From the NCBI GenBank assembly GCA_002269645.1, contig NIVC01002381.1:62001-126000 (forward strand): a DNA stretch of 64,000 bases, in the 5' to 3' direction. Of the stretch, positions 29,621 through 42,587 are shown piece by piece (position 1 is the first letter of the stretch; every line of letters begins with the position of its first letter). The position numbers and the translations under genes were made by a program. The notes beneath the pieces were generated by a model. It did no database searches. It was not told where the DNA came from and saw only the letters and a list, made by a program, of their open reading frames with translations. Source of the stretch: Macrostomum lignano. Its lineage: Eukaryota.

Positions 29621-32600
29621 ATCAAGTTCTACCTGGAGTACAAGCCTATGCTGCTCAACGACCTGCTGCAGGTGGGGCTGGGGACTGAATCTGGCATTGC
29701 ATGATGCCGCTTCATCTTGGGAGATGCAGGAATGAGAGTTATAAGAAGTGTGAAAAGTGCGAATGTGATAGCATTGAATAGGGTGAGATGGGGATGAGAG
29801 AGGGTGAGATAAGATGAGACAGGGTGAGATGAGCTGAGAGAGGGTGAGATGGGGATAAGAGAGGGTGAGATGGGGATGAGAGAGGGTGAGATAAGATGAG
29901 ACAGGGTGAGATGAGAGAGGGTGAGATGGGGATGAGAGAGGGTGAGATAAGATGAGACAGGGTGAGATGAGATGAGAGAGGGTGAGATGGGGATGAGAGA
30001 GGGTGAGATAAGATGAGACAGGGTGAGATGAGATGAGAGAGGGTGAGATGGGGATGAGAGAGGGTGAGATAAGATGAGAGAGGGTGAGATGGGGATGAGA
30101 GAGGGTGAGATGAGATGAGAGAGGGTGAGATGGGGATGAAAGAGGGTGAGATGGGGATGAGAGAGGGTGAGATGGAGATGAGAGAGGGTGAGATAGAGAT
30201 GAGAGAGGGTGAGATGGGGATGAGAGAGGGTGAGATAGGGATGAGATAGGGATGAGAGAGGGTGAGATAGGGATGAGAAAGGGTGAGATAGGGATGAGAG
30301 AGGGTGAGATGAGGTTGAGAGGGTGAGATAGGGATGAGAGAGGGTGAGATGGGGATGAAAGAGGGTGAGATGGGGATGAGAGAGGGTGAGATGGAGATGA
30401 GAGAGGGTGAGATAGAGATGAGAGAGGGTGAGATGGGGATGAGAGAGGGTGAGATAGGGATGAGATAGGGATGAGAGAGGGTGAGATAGGGATGAGAAAG
30501 GGTGAGATAGGGATGAGAGAGGGTGAGATGAGGTTGAGAGGGTGAGATAGGGATGAGAGAGGGTGAGATGGGGATGAGAGAGGGTGAGATATGGATGAGA
30601 GAGTGTGAGATTGGGATGAAAAAAAGTGAGAGAGTTGAGAATGAAGCCCGAGAGAAAAGGACACTCACATGAAAACAAACCGCAGTCCACATCACAGAAA
30701 ACTCGCACCCCTGCCCAGGTGATGACCCCCCGCCTGGACCACACCCGCACCGTGAGCTACTTCACCAAGGAGGGCAAGCTGGCCATGGTGAAGCCCTACC
30801 TGAAGCAGGTGCAGCAGGTGAACAACAAGCAGGTGAACGAGGCCTTGAACTCGCTGTACATCCAGGAGGAGGACTTCCAGAGCCTGCGCGCGTCAATTGA
30901 GGCGTTTGGCAACTTTGACAACATCGGGCTGGCGCAGAAGTGCGAGAAGCACGAGCTGCTGGAGTTCAGGCGCATCGCCGCCCTGCTGTACAAGAGCAAC
31001 AACCGGTTCGGCCAGAGCGTGGAGCTGTGCAAGCGGGACCGGCTGTACAAGGACGCCATGCAGTTCGCCTCGGACTCCAAGGACCCCGAGCTGGCCGCCT
31101 CCCTGCTGCAGTGGTTTGTTGACGAGCGCCTGTCGCACTGCTTCGCCGCCTGCCTGTACCAGTGCTACGACCTGCTGAAGGCCGACCGCGTCCTGGAGCT
31201 GGCTTGGAGATTCAACCTGATGGACTTCGCCATGCCGTTCCTCATCCAGGTCATGGCTGAGACTCAGAACCGCCTAGATAAGCTGGAGCACGCTGAGGCC
31301 GTGCGGGCTGAGCATGATGAGGAGGCTGAGACTGAGCCCAGTCCCATTGTGATGCCAGGTGAGTGTCTGATCTCATGGTGAGTGTCTGTCTGATCCCAAG
31401 GTTGCTATGCCAGGTGAGTTTCTCATCCCATGGTTGCTATGCCAGGTGAGTTTCTGATCCCAAGGTTGCTATGCCAGGTGAGTTTCTCATCCCAAGGTTG
31501 CTATGCCAGGTGAGTGTCTAATTCCATAGTTGCTATACCAGGTGAGAGTCTGTCTGATCCCAAGGTTGCTATGCCAGATGAGTGTCTAATCCTATAGTTG
31601 CTATGCCAGGTGAGTGTCTAATCCTATAGTTGCTATGCCAGGTGAGTGTCTAATCCTATGGTTGCTATGCCAGGTGAGAGTCTGTCTGATCCCATGGTTG
31701 CTATGCCAGGTGAGTGTCTAATCCTATGGTTGCTATGCCAGGTGAGAGTCTGTCTGATCCCATGGTTGCTATGCCAGGTGAGTGTCTAATCCCATGGTTG
31801 CTATGCCAGGTGAGTGTCTAATCACAAGGTTGCTATGCCAGGTGAGTGTCTAATCCCATGGTTGCTATGCCAGGTGAGTGTCTAATCCCATGGTTGCTAT
31901 GCCAGGTGAGTGTCGAATCACAAAGTTGCTATGCCAGGTGAGTGTCTAATCACAAGGTTGCTATGCCAGGTGAGTGTCTAATCACAAGGTTGCTATGCCA
32001 GGTGAGTGTCTAATCCCATGGTTGCTATGCCAGGTGAGTGTCTAATCCCATGGTTGCTATGCCAGGTGAGTGTCTAATCCCATGGTTGCTATGCCAGGTG
32101 AGTGTCTAATCACAAGGTTGCTATGCCAGGTGAGTGTCTAATCACAAGGTTGCTATGCCAGGTGAGTGTCTAATCCCATGGTTGCTATGCCAGGTGAGTG
32201 TCTAATCCCATGGTTGCTATGCCAGGTGAGTGTCTAATCACAAGGTTGCTATGCCAGGTGAGTGTCTAATCACAAGGTTGCTATGCCAGGTGAGTGTCTA
32301 ATCCCATGGTTGCTATGCCAGGTGAGTGTCTAATCCCATGGTTGCTATGCCAGGTGAGAGTCTGTCTGATCCCACGGTTGCTATCTCAGTTGAGTGTCTG
32401 ATCCCATGGTTGCTATGCCAGGTGAGCAAAAGTCCCCAATCCCCTATTAATCCCCTGCTCATCTGTCACCTGGCTGCCATCCAAACTTCTTTCGCCCATC
32501 AAAGCGCAGCGATTGAAGGATTTCTGACAGCCAAGACGAATCCCCAGAAGGGGGGGGCACTGAAACGAATCCTGTCGGTCGGCCTCGGGCTTGCAAATAT

Positions 32601-32843
32601 CGACACGATAAAGACTTTGCCCACAGGCCTCCCATAGGGAATTTTGATTTCTATTACTGGACCCAGGGCGCCTTGGGATTGATGTTATAAGCTATTGCTA
32701 CTATCAGTAGCATTATTCGGCCCGCCCGCAGCGAACCCCATGCTGATGCTGACTGGCCCCGGCCAGCAGGCCATGGCACCGCCGCCCCCGCCGGCATGGG
32801 CTACCCGGGCGGCTTCTACCCTGGCGTGCCGCCGCAGTTTTAA
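29621..32843 (+). pseudogene. Duplicated 3' fragment of clathrin heavy chain (last 51 nt of exon 12, exon 13', exon 14')
   Basis: Exon 13' (30719-31358) is 640 nt and in frame. Exon 14' (32732-32843) is 112 nt, one G short of copy 1. There is no 5' part or promoter. Confidence 0.9.
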
Positions 32844-33882
32844 TCTAAATTTAACTGACAATAATAAATAATAAATTAAATACATATCCGCCGCATACTA
32901 CTGCTGCTGCGCGAGACTACTGCTGAACAAAAATTCTGGCAAAACTTCTGCTAGCGATTTCAATCAATCAATACTGAACTCGGGTTCGCAGTCGGACACA
33001 CTGATTAGAGCCATTCCTGTATTGCTACTTGATTTCTTGATCAGAGCTCCCTGCCTGCGCACCCACTAATCACTGCTTTATACACCTCTGCCCCAGCCAG
33101 GTGCAATCCGACTTCCTTTTTGGTCCGTTTTTTTGCTGTCTTCAAGTCTGTCTGATTCGCAATTTTGGTTTTTTGAGTTTTGTCAGAATTGCAAATTTTA
33201 TAAATTGATTATTTTGAGTCAATTCTGTGCAGTAGAACTGTTTTTAACTGATTAGCGCTTTCTTAGCTGAGTGATTCTTCCCCAGTAATCCCCTTCAATT
33301 GGTGCTTTGAAATTCATTTATTCACTGTTTTGTACCTGATTACTATTAGTAATATTTTTATTAATTTGTTACTTTTTCCGCACGGACTGTTTAGTGGACA
33401 TTTAATAAATAATAATGATGATGATAATAGCAACAAATGTTCGCAGGCTCAGGTGCCAATGGACTTATCGACTCATTCATTTATTATCTGAAAGGTTTCT
33501 CCGGCTCTCATCTTGAAGGTCATGAAGAATTGAACTTTGAGGAAAGCCAGGAAAACGAAAGCCAAAACGAACATTCGCATTTATGACCAAAATTATTAAA
33601 GAAAAAATGCGATGTTTGTTTTTGCTTTCGTTTTCCTGGCTTTCCTCAAACGATGTACCTTACCTTGACTCTGAATTGAACTTTAAAGTGCACAGTCGGT
33701 TGGAGTTTTCCTATGGCGAAACTCTGAAGCCTCTGACAAGTGACGAGAATTGCTTTTGTCAGCCAAAGTTGAGAATTCCCATTTGCCAGCAGTAGATATG
33801 GTCTTGCCCATAGACAGGCAAAAAATGGCCGTCAATCAAATTGATAAATCTGATCTTTACTACATGGAAGTAGATGTTTACC

Positions 33883-35242
33883 GGTTCACTGGTCAGATCG
33901 TCATATTCCATTTCGTCATATCGGATGACGAAGTGACCAAATATTTTGTTATGCTGGATACTTCGTCATCAACCAATCAGTAAAATGGGGGATGAAAATA
34001 CCTTTAACGTGGATAACAACCATGCACAAAAACTAAACCGGATCAATTGGTATCCTAACTTCGTCATCCACCAATGAGAAAGAAATAGCAAAAAATAGAC
34101 ACCGAGTCTTTTAGATATTAAAAAATTTAAAAATATTTTCTTTGCCATGAATTAAAGGATTTTCCACGCAACAGTTTTATACGCACAACGCATATCTTTA
34201 CAATGCCGGATAAACGTAGACCGCGAAAGTGCAAGAGACAATTGTGTGCTGCATGCTCAAAAACCGTGCGCAATGATGATGAAGCCATTTCGTGTGACTC
34301 ATGCAAGAAATTGCAACGTCGCTGCTGCGGAACAGGTGTGTCGAAAAAAGACTACAATGCTAATAATGCAGGATAAATTCACGTGGATGTGCACTGAGTG
34401 CCGGATATCCGAAGCAAAATCGCCGCAATCGAATTCGCGATCAGGTCCTGCGTCCGCTCTGGCAGCTGTGCTGCCGAATTGCCACCGACTTTGCCGCCGT
34501 CGACTTCGCCGTCAGGTCCTGCGCTCTCGCAGTCGCCTCCGCTGCCGCCGCCACCGACTTCGCTGCCACCTGCGCCTCATCTGGAAGCAGCACTATCGCC
34601 GCCACCTGCGCCTCAGTTACTTAAGTATGCATTAATGCCACAACGGTTAGTAACGTCTATGGCTCAGCCAGCTACCATTTTGGATGAGCTGTATTCCTTC
34701 CATCTAGAACCCGTCCGCCATCCTGCGGCTTTTACTGGAAAATCCAATCGAGGGTCCTGAGCCGCAAACCGGTAATTTTCCTGCAGCTGGAATAACCAAC
34801 GGAGTTTTTGATGAGGATCTGCTGGCAAAAGTCATATGAAGTTAAATGAATTCGTGTTTAAGGATTATTTAGCTTTCTATTAAAAAACCTTCCAATTGCA
34901 AAACTATCTAATAAAAATCCTAAAAAAGCAAAGTCCACGGGGGGTGTGTGTGAGATTTGAGTTAGTGTAAACTATTTTTTGTTTTATTAACTATAAGCTG
35001 CGGCAAGCAGAACCGATCCATCGACAGGTTTTATCAATCGAGATGACAAAATGACTGGGATCATTAGGATTCCAAGTAAATACGTTTAATTGCCACATTA
35101 ATTCACTTGGAAGTTGAAACTAACATGATTGGTGGATGACGAAATGACTCTCTTCAGGTAGTGCATGTTAATTAAGATGACGAAGTGACCCTAGTCGAGG
35201 TGAGCACCCCAGACACCTCAGATGAAGAAATGACTAGGAACC
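33883..35242 (+). mobile_element. Second copy of the PHD-bearing transposon relic
   Basis: Near-identical to 24865-26224. Confidence 0.5.
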
Positions 35243-35539
35243 ACCGACTTATATGAGCTAATAATTTAATTTAATAAATTAATAATCGAGGTATCCTTTG
35301 TAGTCAAGTTGTTCCTCCTGAAATTCAGACTGTCGCTCTTTTCATTTCCTTGCTTTTGGCAGTTGGTTACTATACCGACAAACGCCTACATTCCGTTCCT
35401 AAAGGCGATGTAAAATTTAATCGATATTGAGTCTTGACTACGGGCTTCTGACTACAGCGCAGACGCCAAATGTTGCCTGTACCAGCAAGTTGGCTGGTTC
35501 GGAACCCCTCCCGAAGGGTCTTTGACGTGACCGCTCTTT

Positions 35540-36048
35540 TTAAGATACTGAATGAAACTGATTGAAAAACTTTGATGTCAACAAAGCAGGGCATGCAGCT
35601 GCCGTCACGTCCTCGAGTTCGGGCAGGGCTCGCACGAGTCGCACTCGGCCAAAATCGTGCGGTCCTTTTTGACCTCCAGCACTCGGCAGTAGCCTGAGCA
35701 GCAGTCCTTGCCGCTCCAGCACCTGGCAGTAGCCTGAGCAGCAGTCCTTGCCGCTCCAGCACCTGGTGCCGCCTTCTGAGCACGACTTGCTGGATGAGCA
35801 GGCCGGTGCCATCTCTAGCTTTGCAGTGAGGAAAATTGTGTATTTGTATAGATACTTTATATACTTTATATAGAGTCTTTGGGGTTAATGGCCCTCCTGG
35901 GTGCGAATGGCTCAGTATAACCCACCAGAGCCATGCAATACCTGTACTTGAAAAGAAGTCTCAATTGTCAGTTAATAAATGGCATTGCAAATGCATAAAA
36001 CAGCTACTCACGCGTAAGAAGAGTTATGATAATCAAAAAGTTGAACAT
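35540..36048 (-). pseudogene. K1' (duplicate of K1, same 40-bp duplication)
   Basis: Exon 1 36048-36012; exon 2 from 35814; duplication at 35685-35764. Confidence 0.8.
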
Positions 36049-36559
36049 TTGTAATTTAGTGAAGAAGATGGAACTGTGTGTGCAAAGTGCAGTTGGATTC
36101 GAAGATCGGTGGTACTGAGATCCGGACACTTGGCTGCATGATGATGGAGATGGATGGAGAATGATAATCAGGCTTAGTTCTGGCTCAACTGCTGCCATAG
36201 ACGGTAAAGGCCTGACACAAATTGAAGAGACAAAGAGAAGGTTCTGTAGCTGCCGGCGGAGACTGTCCCGCCAAGCATGGATTTCTTGTCTATGGTAAAA
36301 AGTCAAACTTCTCTGTGGCACAGTCAACTGCAAGTGCCAGGGGTTCTCAATTCCTCTGCAAGACCTGGTCACTAAAATCTCAAGCTTATTTTTTTTACTT
36401 GCTGCTTGCTTGGAATAGAACTGCCCTTTTTACGCAGTTATAGAATTTCTATTGGATACATGTAATTATTGGTCTGAAAGTTGGTAGCGGAAATGAAAGC
36501 TTAGCAATCTCTACACACGGATATATTGCGGCAGAGATCAAAACGGGGTGAAAAGCACA

Positions 36560-36975
36560 GGCTGGGCTGGCAGCAGAGATCAAAGCGGGACAGCAGGGTA
36601 CAGGCTGGGCTGGCGGCAGAGATCAAAGCGGGGCAGCAGGGTACAGGCTGGGCTGGCGGCAGAGATCAAAGCGGGGCAGCAGGGTACAGGCTGGGCTGGC
36701 GGCAGAGATCAAAGCGGGGCAGCAGGGTACAGGCTGGGCTGGCGGCAGAGATCAAAGCGGGGCAGCAGGGTACAGGCTGGGCTGGCGGCAGAGATCAAAG
36801 CGGGGCAGCAGGGTACAGGCTGGGCTGGCGGCAGAGATCAAAGCGGGGCAGCAGGGTACAGGCTGGGCTGGCGGCAGAGATCAAAGCGGGGCAGCAGGGT
36901 ACAGGCTGGGCTGGCGGCAGAGATCAAAGCGGGGCAGCAGGGTACAGGCTGGGCTGGCGGCAGAGATCAAAGCGG
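36560..36975. repeat. 43-bp minisatellite (~9 copies), a variant unit relative to copy 1
   Basis: Unit GCGGCAGAGATCAAAGCGGGGCAGCAGGGTACAGGCTGGGCTG. Confidence 0.95.
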
Positions 36976-36993
36976 AGCAGCAGGCACAGCAGC

Positions 36994-37318
36994 TCAGGTG
37001 CACTCTGCAGTGAACGTCAAGTTCGGCCAGGCCTTGAGCACTCTGCAGTAGTGTGAGCAGCAGTCTTTGCCCGACCAGCAGCTCACTCCGTTGACCAGAC
37101 ATGGCTCTGTGGCGGGGCAGGCGACTGATGATCTCAAGTCTGCAACAAATTGAGCGGGTAACGGACTGCTCTTTGTTCATTCTAGTCTTGGTTTTAATTA
37201 GGAAATAAAATCGTTATTTACAGTTGATATTAGTCGATAGACTGCCTGAAAACTCACAGATTAGCAGTAAAATGAAGAAAGCAAGCAGAAGTGACTTCAC
37301 GGACTGGTGTATTTTCAT
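36994..37318 (-). CDS. K2' knottin-like peptide (duplicate of K2)
   Basis: Exons 37318-37258 and 37139-36994; same protein as K2. Confidence 0.88.
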
Positions 37319-37576
37319 GGCTGCGTGATCAAGTTGGCAAACCTGCAAACTGACTTCTTGTGGTGGTCGCTCAAGTGAAGGTGGGTGCCAAAGCGCATGG
37401 CACCGAGAAGTAAATAAAAGTCCTTGTCTTGAAATTGTCTGTGGCTGAAAACCTGTTTCTTGTAAAAGAACAAGACTCTGCTTTTACAAATCAAAGAGAC
37501 CATTCTAAATCAGAATTTATTGCAAAAATTTTATATACCGGTATTTAAAGCAGAAATTTTCAGTGGAAAGAAACCA

Positions 37577-38431
37577 ATGTCTGGCTGGCTTATGTTACTC
37601 CTACTGGGCCTCTCCGTCAGCAGCCAACTGATTACATGTGAGTCAGGGAGTTTTCAATGTCAGCGTTGCGCGCCATCATTGTGTTATGAACTTTCATGTT
37701 CTGAATTCGTGTTCTGAATTTATGTGTCCTGAATCTGTGTTCTGAATTCGTGTTCTGAATTTATGTGTCCTGAATCTGTGTTCTGAATTCGTGTTCTGAA
37801 TTTGTGTCTTCAATCTGTGTTCTGAATTCGTGTTCTGAATTTGTGTTCAATCTGTGTTCTGAATTCGTGTTCTGAATTTATGTTCTGAATTCGTGTTCTG
37901 AATGATCTTGTTCTGAATTCGTGTTCTGAATTCGTGTTCTGAATTCGTGTTCTGAATTCGTGTTCTGAATTCGTGTTCTGAATTCGTGTTCTGAATTCGT
38001 GTTCTGAATTCGTGTTCTGAATTCGTGTTCTGAATTCGTGTTCTGAATTCGTGTTCTGAATTCGTGTTCTGAATTCGTGTTCTGAATTCGTGTTCTGAAT
38101 TCGTGTTCTGAATTCGTGTTCTGAATTCGTGTTCTGAATTCGTGTTCTGAATTCGTGTTCTGAATTCGTGTTCTGAATTAGTGTTCTGAATTAGTGTTCT
38201 GAATTAGTGTTCTGAATTAGTGTTCTGAATTAGTGTTCTGAATTCGTGTTCACGAAGCTTCTTTCCTCCAATCCAGCAGCGCAGGCCTGCAAGTGCCCCA
38301 GGGACCACCGCGGCTGCACCCTGAAGCAGGACGGCCAGGTGTGCGGCCGCGGCAGCGAGTGCTGCTCCCGATGGTGCCGGCTGAGCTCGGTCGCGTCCGG
38401 CATTAACAGGCGAGTCTGCGCGTCCTGCTGA
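37577..38431 (+). CDS. K3' knottin-like peptide (duplicate of K3)
   Basis: Exons 37577-37637 and 38277-38431; same protein as K3, with a synonymous CTG/CTA change in exon 1. Confidence 0.88.
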
Positions 38432-38585
38432 TGAAGCTGAGCTGGCACCAGGCTCCCGCGGCCTCATCGCTTGGGGGGAAGAAACCGCATCACTAGTGCA
38501 TGTATTGAATAAGTTCACTGTTTTATACTCTGTTCATTTTAAATACACAAGTTACCGCAACAAATCAGTACATTTTAGTACAGTA

Positions 38586-40828
38586 ATAATGTACTGAATA
38601 GTCTATATAGTCTATGGTCTTCACTGAGTAGTCTATAGTCTATGGTCTTCACTGAGTAGTCTCTATATAGTCTATGTTCTTCACTGAATAGTCTATAGTC
38701 TATGGTCTTCACTGAGTAGTCTCTATATAGTCTATGTTCTTCACTGAATAGTCTATAGTCTATGGTCTTCACTGAGTAGTCTCTATATAGTCTATGTTCT
38801 TCACTGAATAGTCTATAGTCTATGGTCTTCACTGAATAGTCTCTATATAGTCTATGGTCTTCACTGAGTAGTCTATAGTCTATGGTCTAACAGTCTATAC
38901 CTATTGACAAACTCGGCAAATAAAACTTTGTTTAAAAAATTCGTTGCCCACCTCCGCTTGACTAAATTCCTACATGTACATTATTTTGAGAATTGGTGTT
39001 GCCAGGGCCCATTTTATTGCCGCAGGCACTCATTAAATTTAATTTGAATTTCTGAAAACCTTTCTGCCTTTCTGCAGAGGATAAACTATTTTATCCAATG
39101 ACTCAAGAAGATTGAGAAAATTCATTAAAGACATAAACAAGCCCCTCTGAACTGCCCTGAGGCTCGATTTAAATAAATGAGACAGAAGGCGGTGGTTCTT
39201 TGTTATTAATATTTTTAAGAACGAGATAATAATGGGCCAAAGGACTGCAACCGTTTGATTGCGGGTGCTTTCTATTTATAGCTTTTTGATGATGATGGGA
39301 CATTCCGGAAGAAAAAATGTTCTAGAAAGAGTAGCGCGGGAATTCGAGTTACTGTATTTAGAATTATTTTTATCGTGGAAATTTCTAGAATGAAATGCTT
39401 ACTACATGGTCAGAAAGTTTGCGAAGGTTCAGTACAAGGTCACTTTGGTACGAGTGTACCGATAATATGATCTGCTTTACGTCGAGAAACTTAATTATTT
39501 AGTAATGGATGATTAAAGTATAATAGCAATTAAAATTAAAAGTTTAAATTAAAATAAATTTTAAGAAATTAAGATTTTAAAACTAGGATTTTTCATCAAA
39601 AGAATAAGTTAATAACAGTAATAGAATAGCAACAAACACTAATTATTTTTTGTAATTTTTCCTTCATTGTACTATAGCCTTAAATAACATTTTTAAATAT
39701 GAAAATCAGCACCCTCTGCGCAAATTTTTAATAACAATATTTGTTGTTAATATGTACGCTCGTAAGTACGGTTGAATTTTTAAAAGAGCGCTTCGAATCA
39801 CTTCGTACTGACCTGCTTGAGGAAATTTTCCAGGCTGAACAAATTCGATTTTTGCAGTGTCCACAGCGTTTGTTCATGCACACTATGCGGCTTGCGGCAA
39901 CGATCCATTTTGTGACCAGCATCAGGTGCGATGCAGAGTTGATCCTGCCTGGCATTTGGACGGCAGTCTCGAATTCGAAGCCATTTCGAGTTTCCCTTCT
40001 TGGCCACCAACAGCCAGGACTCCTGGCACTCATGCAGACCAGCGGGCCCGATGTCCTTTTTCAGTGTATAGTGCACCTGATCCTCCGATTCACAGCAGTT
40101 GTCGCTGCCGAGACGCCAGCAATTGCCTTGCTCGATCATCGATGTTGGAAACCTGGCCTGCGATTGAAAAGTTTTTTCATAATGACCAGAGGTTTTGGTA
40201 TAGACTGTTAGACCATAGACTATAGACTATTCAGTGAAGACCATAGACTATAGAGACTATTCAGTAAAGACCATAGACTATATAGAGACTATTCAGTAAA
40301 GACCATAGACTATAGAGACTATTCAGTGAAGACCATAGACTATAGAGACTATTCAGTGAAGACCATAGACTATAGAGACTACTCAGTGAAGACCATAGAC
40401 TATAGAGACTATTCAGTGAAGACCATAGACTATAGAGACTATTCAGTGAAGACCATAGACTATAGAGACTATTCAGTGAAGACCATAGACTATATAGAGA
40501 CTACTCAGTGAAGACCATAGACTATAGAGACTATTCAGTGAAGACCATAGACTATAGAGACTATTCAGTGAAGACCATAGACTATAGAGACTATTCAGTG
40601 AAGACCATAGACTATAGAGACTATTCAGTGAAGACCATAGACTATAGAGACTATTCAGTGAAGACCATAGACTATATAGAGACTATTCAGTGAAGACCAT
40701 AGACTATAGAGACTATTCAGTGAAGACCATAGACTATAGAGACTATTCAGTGAAGACCATAGACTATAGAGACTATTCAGTGAAGACCATAGACTATATA
40801 GAGACTATTCAGTGAAGACCATAGACTA
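38586..40828. mobile_element. Foldback-like element with long inverted arms built from ~30-bp tandem units
   Basis: The left arm (~38590-38901, AGTCTATAGTCTATGGTCTTCACTGAAT units) is the reverse complement of the right arm (~40198-40828). The inner ends match exactly (TATGGTCTAACAGTCTATACC). The 1.3-kb core has only broken ORFs. Confidence 0.7.
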
Positions 40829-41138
40829 AGACCGTGTTAAGTCAATGTCAATCAGACTCCAGAAAAAATATACCAATATCTCGCATTCTGGACTTCTGTA
40901 TTGAAAACAAAGCAATTCTGCTTTTTTCGAAATTGATGCACAAGTTTCTTACGCTAAAGCTGTCAGTCCAGTCAGGTATCATAAATTCTACCAGAGACAA
41001 ACCGACTAGTTTGAGCAAAGTGAGCGAAGTTCTGGCGATCCCACTATTTTCGTGCGTTCTATATACGACCTAAGTTAAGTTGCTGTCCATGCTTTACGAG
41101 TGTAAGTACATGTAGTTTGATGCATTTAGCCACGATTT

Positions 41139-42587
41139 TTAAACGGCTGTTGAATATAATTTACAATTTACGAGAAAACTCACAGTTTTATCATTTTCTG
41201 GCTTAAGATATTCCTTGATCCAATTTTTGTCCAGTTGATCCAGACCGGCTGCTCCAGATGCTTCCTCAATTTGTCTTCTTTTGTGCTGGGACACAAAACG
41301 TAAGCTCGGTAGCCGCTCAGCTGCCTCCTTCATCCGGCGAATGCCCTCGGCGGGATCTTGGCCGCTGACCAGGAGAAAGCGGCCGAACTCGAACCGGACG
41401 TGAAGCCTCGTCTTGTTGCTGTCTGCAGCAGCCTGCTCTTCGAGGGCTTCGTATCTCTCACGAAGTTCGACCTTGTCGACAGCTTCTTCATTCTCATTCA
41501 GACCCAGCAGCCTCAGCTGGGCCCAGGTGTTTGTTAGATCGACTTTTTGCAGCAAGTATCTGGCTTTCTGGATTCTGTCCTCGCCAGCATCTTTTGTTTT
41601 GATGAAGTACAGAGCGCACTGGAAAGCGAAATCGCTCTTCAGGAACTCGCTATCTGACAGAGTCTCGCCAGTCTTCAAAACCTTCAGCTCCTTGTTCTTG
41701 AGCCTTTTCTTGAGAATTTGGTCCTGGTCTCCTTGGATTGGCACTTTCTTCCACTGCACCATTTTTGTCAGTCCGCGATAGACTTTGCAGCAGGTGATGT
41801 ATACCTGGAGGTGCTCGCCTGCAAACTGAACCGCCTCATCTGCCAGCTGCTCAGACTTGTTGAAATGAACAGCGGAGTACGCGAGGGCCTCAGCGAACCG
41901 AGCCAGAAACATCGGGTGCTGGACTTTACATTTGTCCAGAATCCTCTTAGCCTCATCCCACAGCTCCACTCTTTCCTCTCCAATCTCAGCACTGAGGTCC
42001 GCCTGACGCCTCTGCATGGCCATCGCCTCTGCCAGACCGAAGCGCCAGTGGAAGCTCTGGACCGACTGCTCCAGATGGTGCTCCACCTCCAGCTTCAGGG
42101 CCTCCCGGAACGCCTTCGCGGCCTCCTCCAGCTGCTGCCTCCCGAAGCTGAGCAGAGTCCAGCCTTTGGCGCCCCAGACTGAGGCCCGGACCTGCGGCTT
42201 CTGCCACTCATCAGAGAGCTTCTGAAGCATCATCTGCTCTTGCTGCTCATCTGGGTGGAATTTGTTCATCAGGTGCAGCTCCGTGGCCTCGATCAGGAAG
42301 GCCACATCCATGGTTAAAGGTGAATTAGCATTCAAATCCAGCTTTGCTTCGTTAAGGTACTTCAGACACCGTGCTTCATCACCAGGTTGCTCCAGCATGT
42401 GCACGTAGACCAGACTCAGCAGGTGCAGCCCCTTTAGTCCGAGCTGGGTGTCCATCCTGCCTTGCAAGCTGCTGACGAGTCTGTCGATGCTCTCTGGGCT
42501 CTCGGCAAGTTTCGGCCTCCACTGGAAGTGACACGGAACCTCGCCCAGGCTCTTGAAAGACTCCGCTGGATTGTTGAGTTCCGCCAT
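41139..42587 (-). CDS. IFIT-like (interferon-induced TPR family / TTC22-like) protein, 482 aa, single coding exon
   Basis: From MAELNN. Motifs parallel vertebrate IFITs: SLGEVPCHFQW (cf. SLEQLRCHFTW), GLHLLSLVYVH, KGWTLLSFGRQQLEEAAKAFREAL (cf. [24 protein letters not shown]), LHVRFEFGRF (cf. IHFHYGRF). Acceptor-like sites lie upstream of the ATG. Confidence 0.8.
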   Translation of the reverse strand: MAELNNPAESFKSLGEVPCHFQWRPKLAESPESIDRLVSSLQGRMDTQLGLKGLHLLSLVYVHMLEQPGDEARCLKYLNEAKLDLNANSPLTMDVAFLIEATELHLMNKFHPDEQQEQMMLQKLSDEWQKPQVRASVWGAKGWTLLSFGRQQLEEAAKAFREALKLEVEHHLEQSVQSFHWRFGLAEAMAMQRRQADLSAEIGEERVELWDEAKRILDKCKVQHPMFLARFAEALAYSAVHFNKSEQLADEAVQFAGEHLQVYITCCKVYRGLTKMVQWKKVPIQGDQDQILKKRLKNKELKVLKTGETLSDSEFLKSDFAFQCALYFIKTKDAGEDRIQKARYLLQKVDLTNTWAQLRLLGLNENEEAVDKVELRERYEALEEQAAADSNKTRLHVRFEFGRFLLVSGQDPAEGIRRMKEAAERLPSLRFVSQHKRRQIEEASGAAGLDQLDKNWIKEYLKPENDKTVSFLVNCKLYSTAV

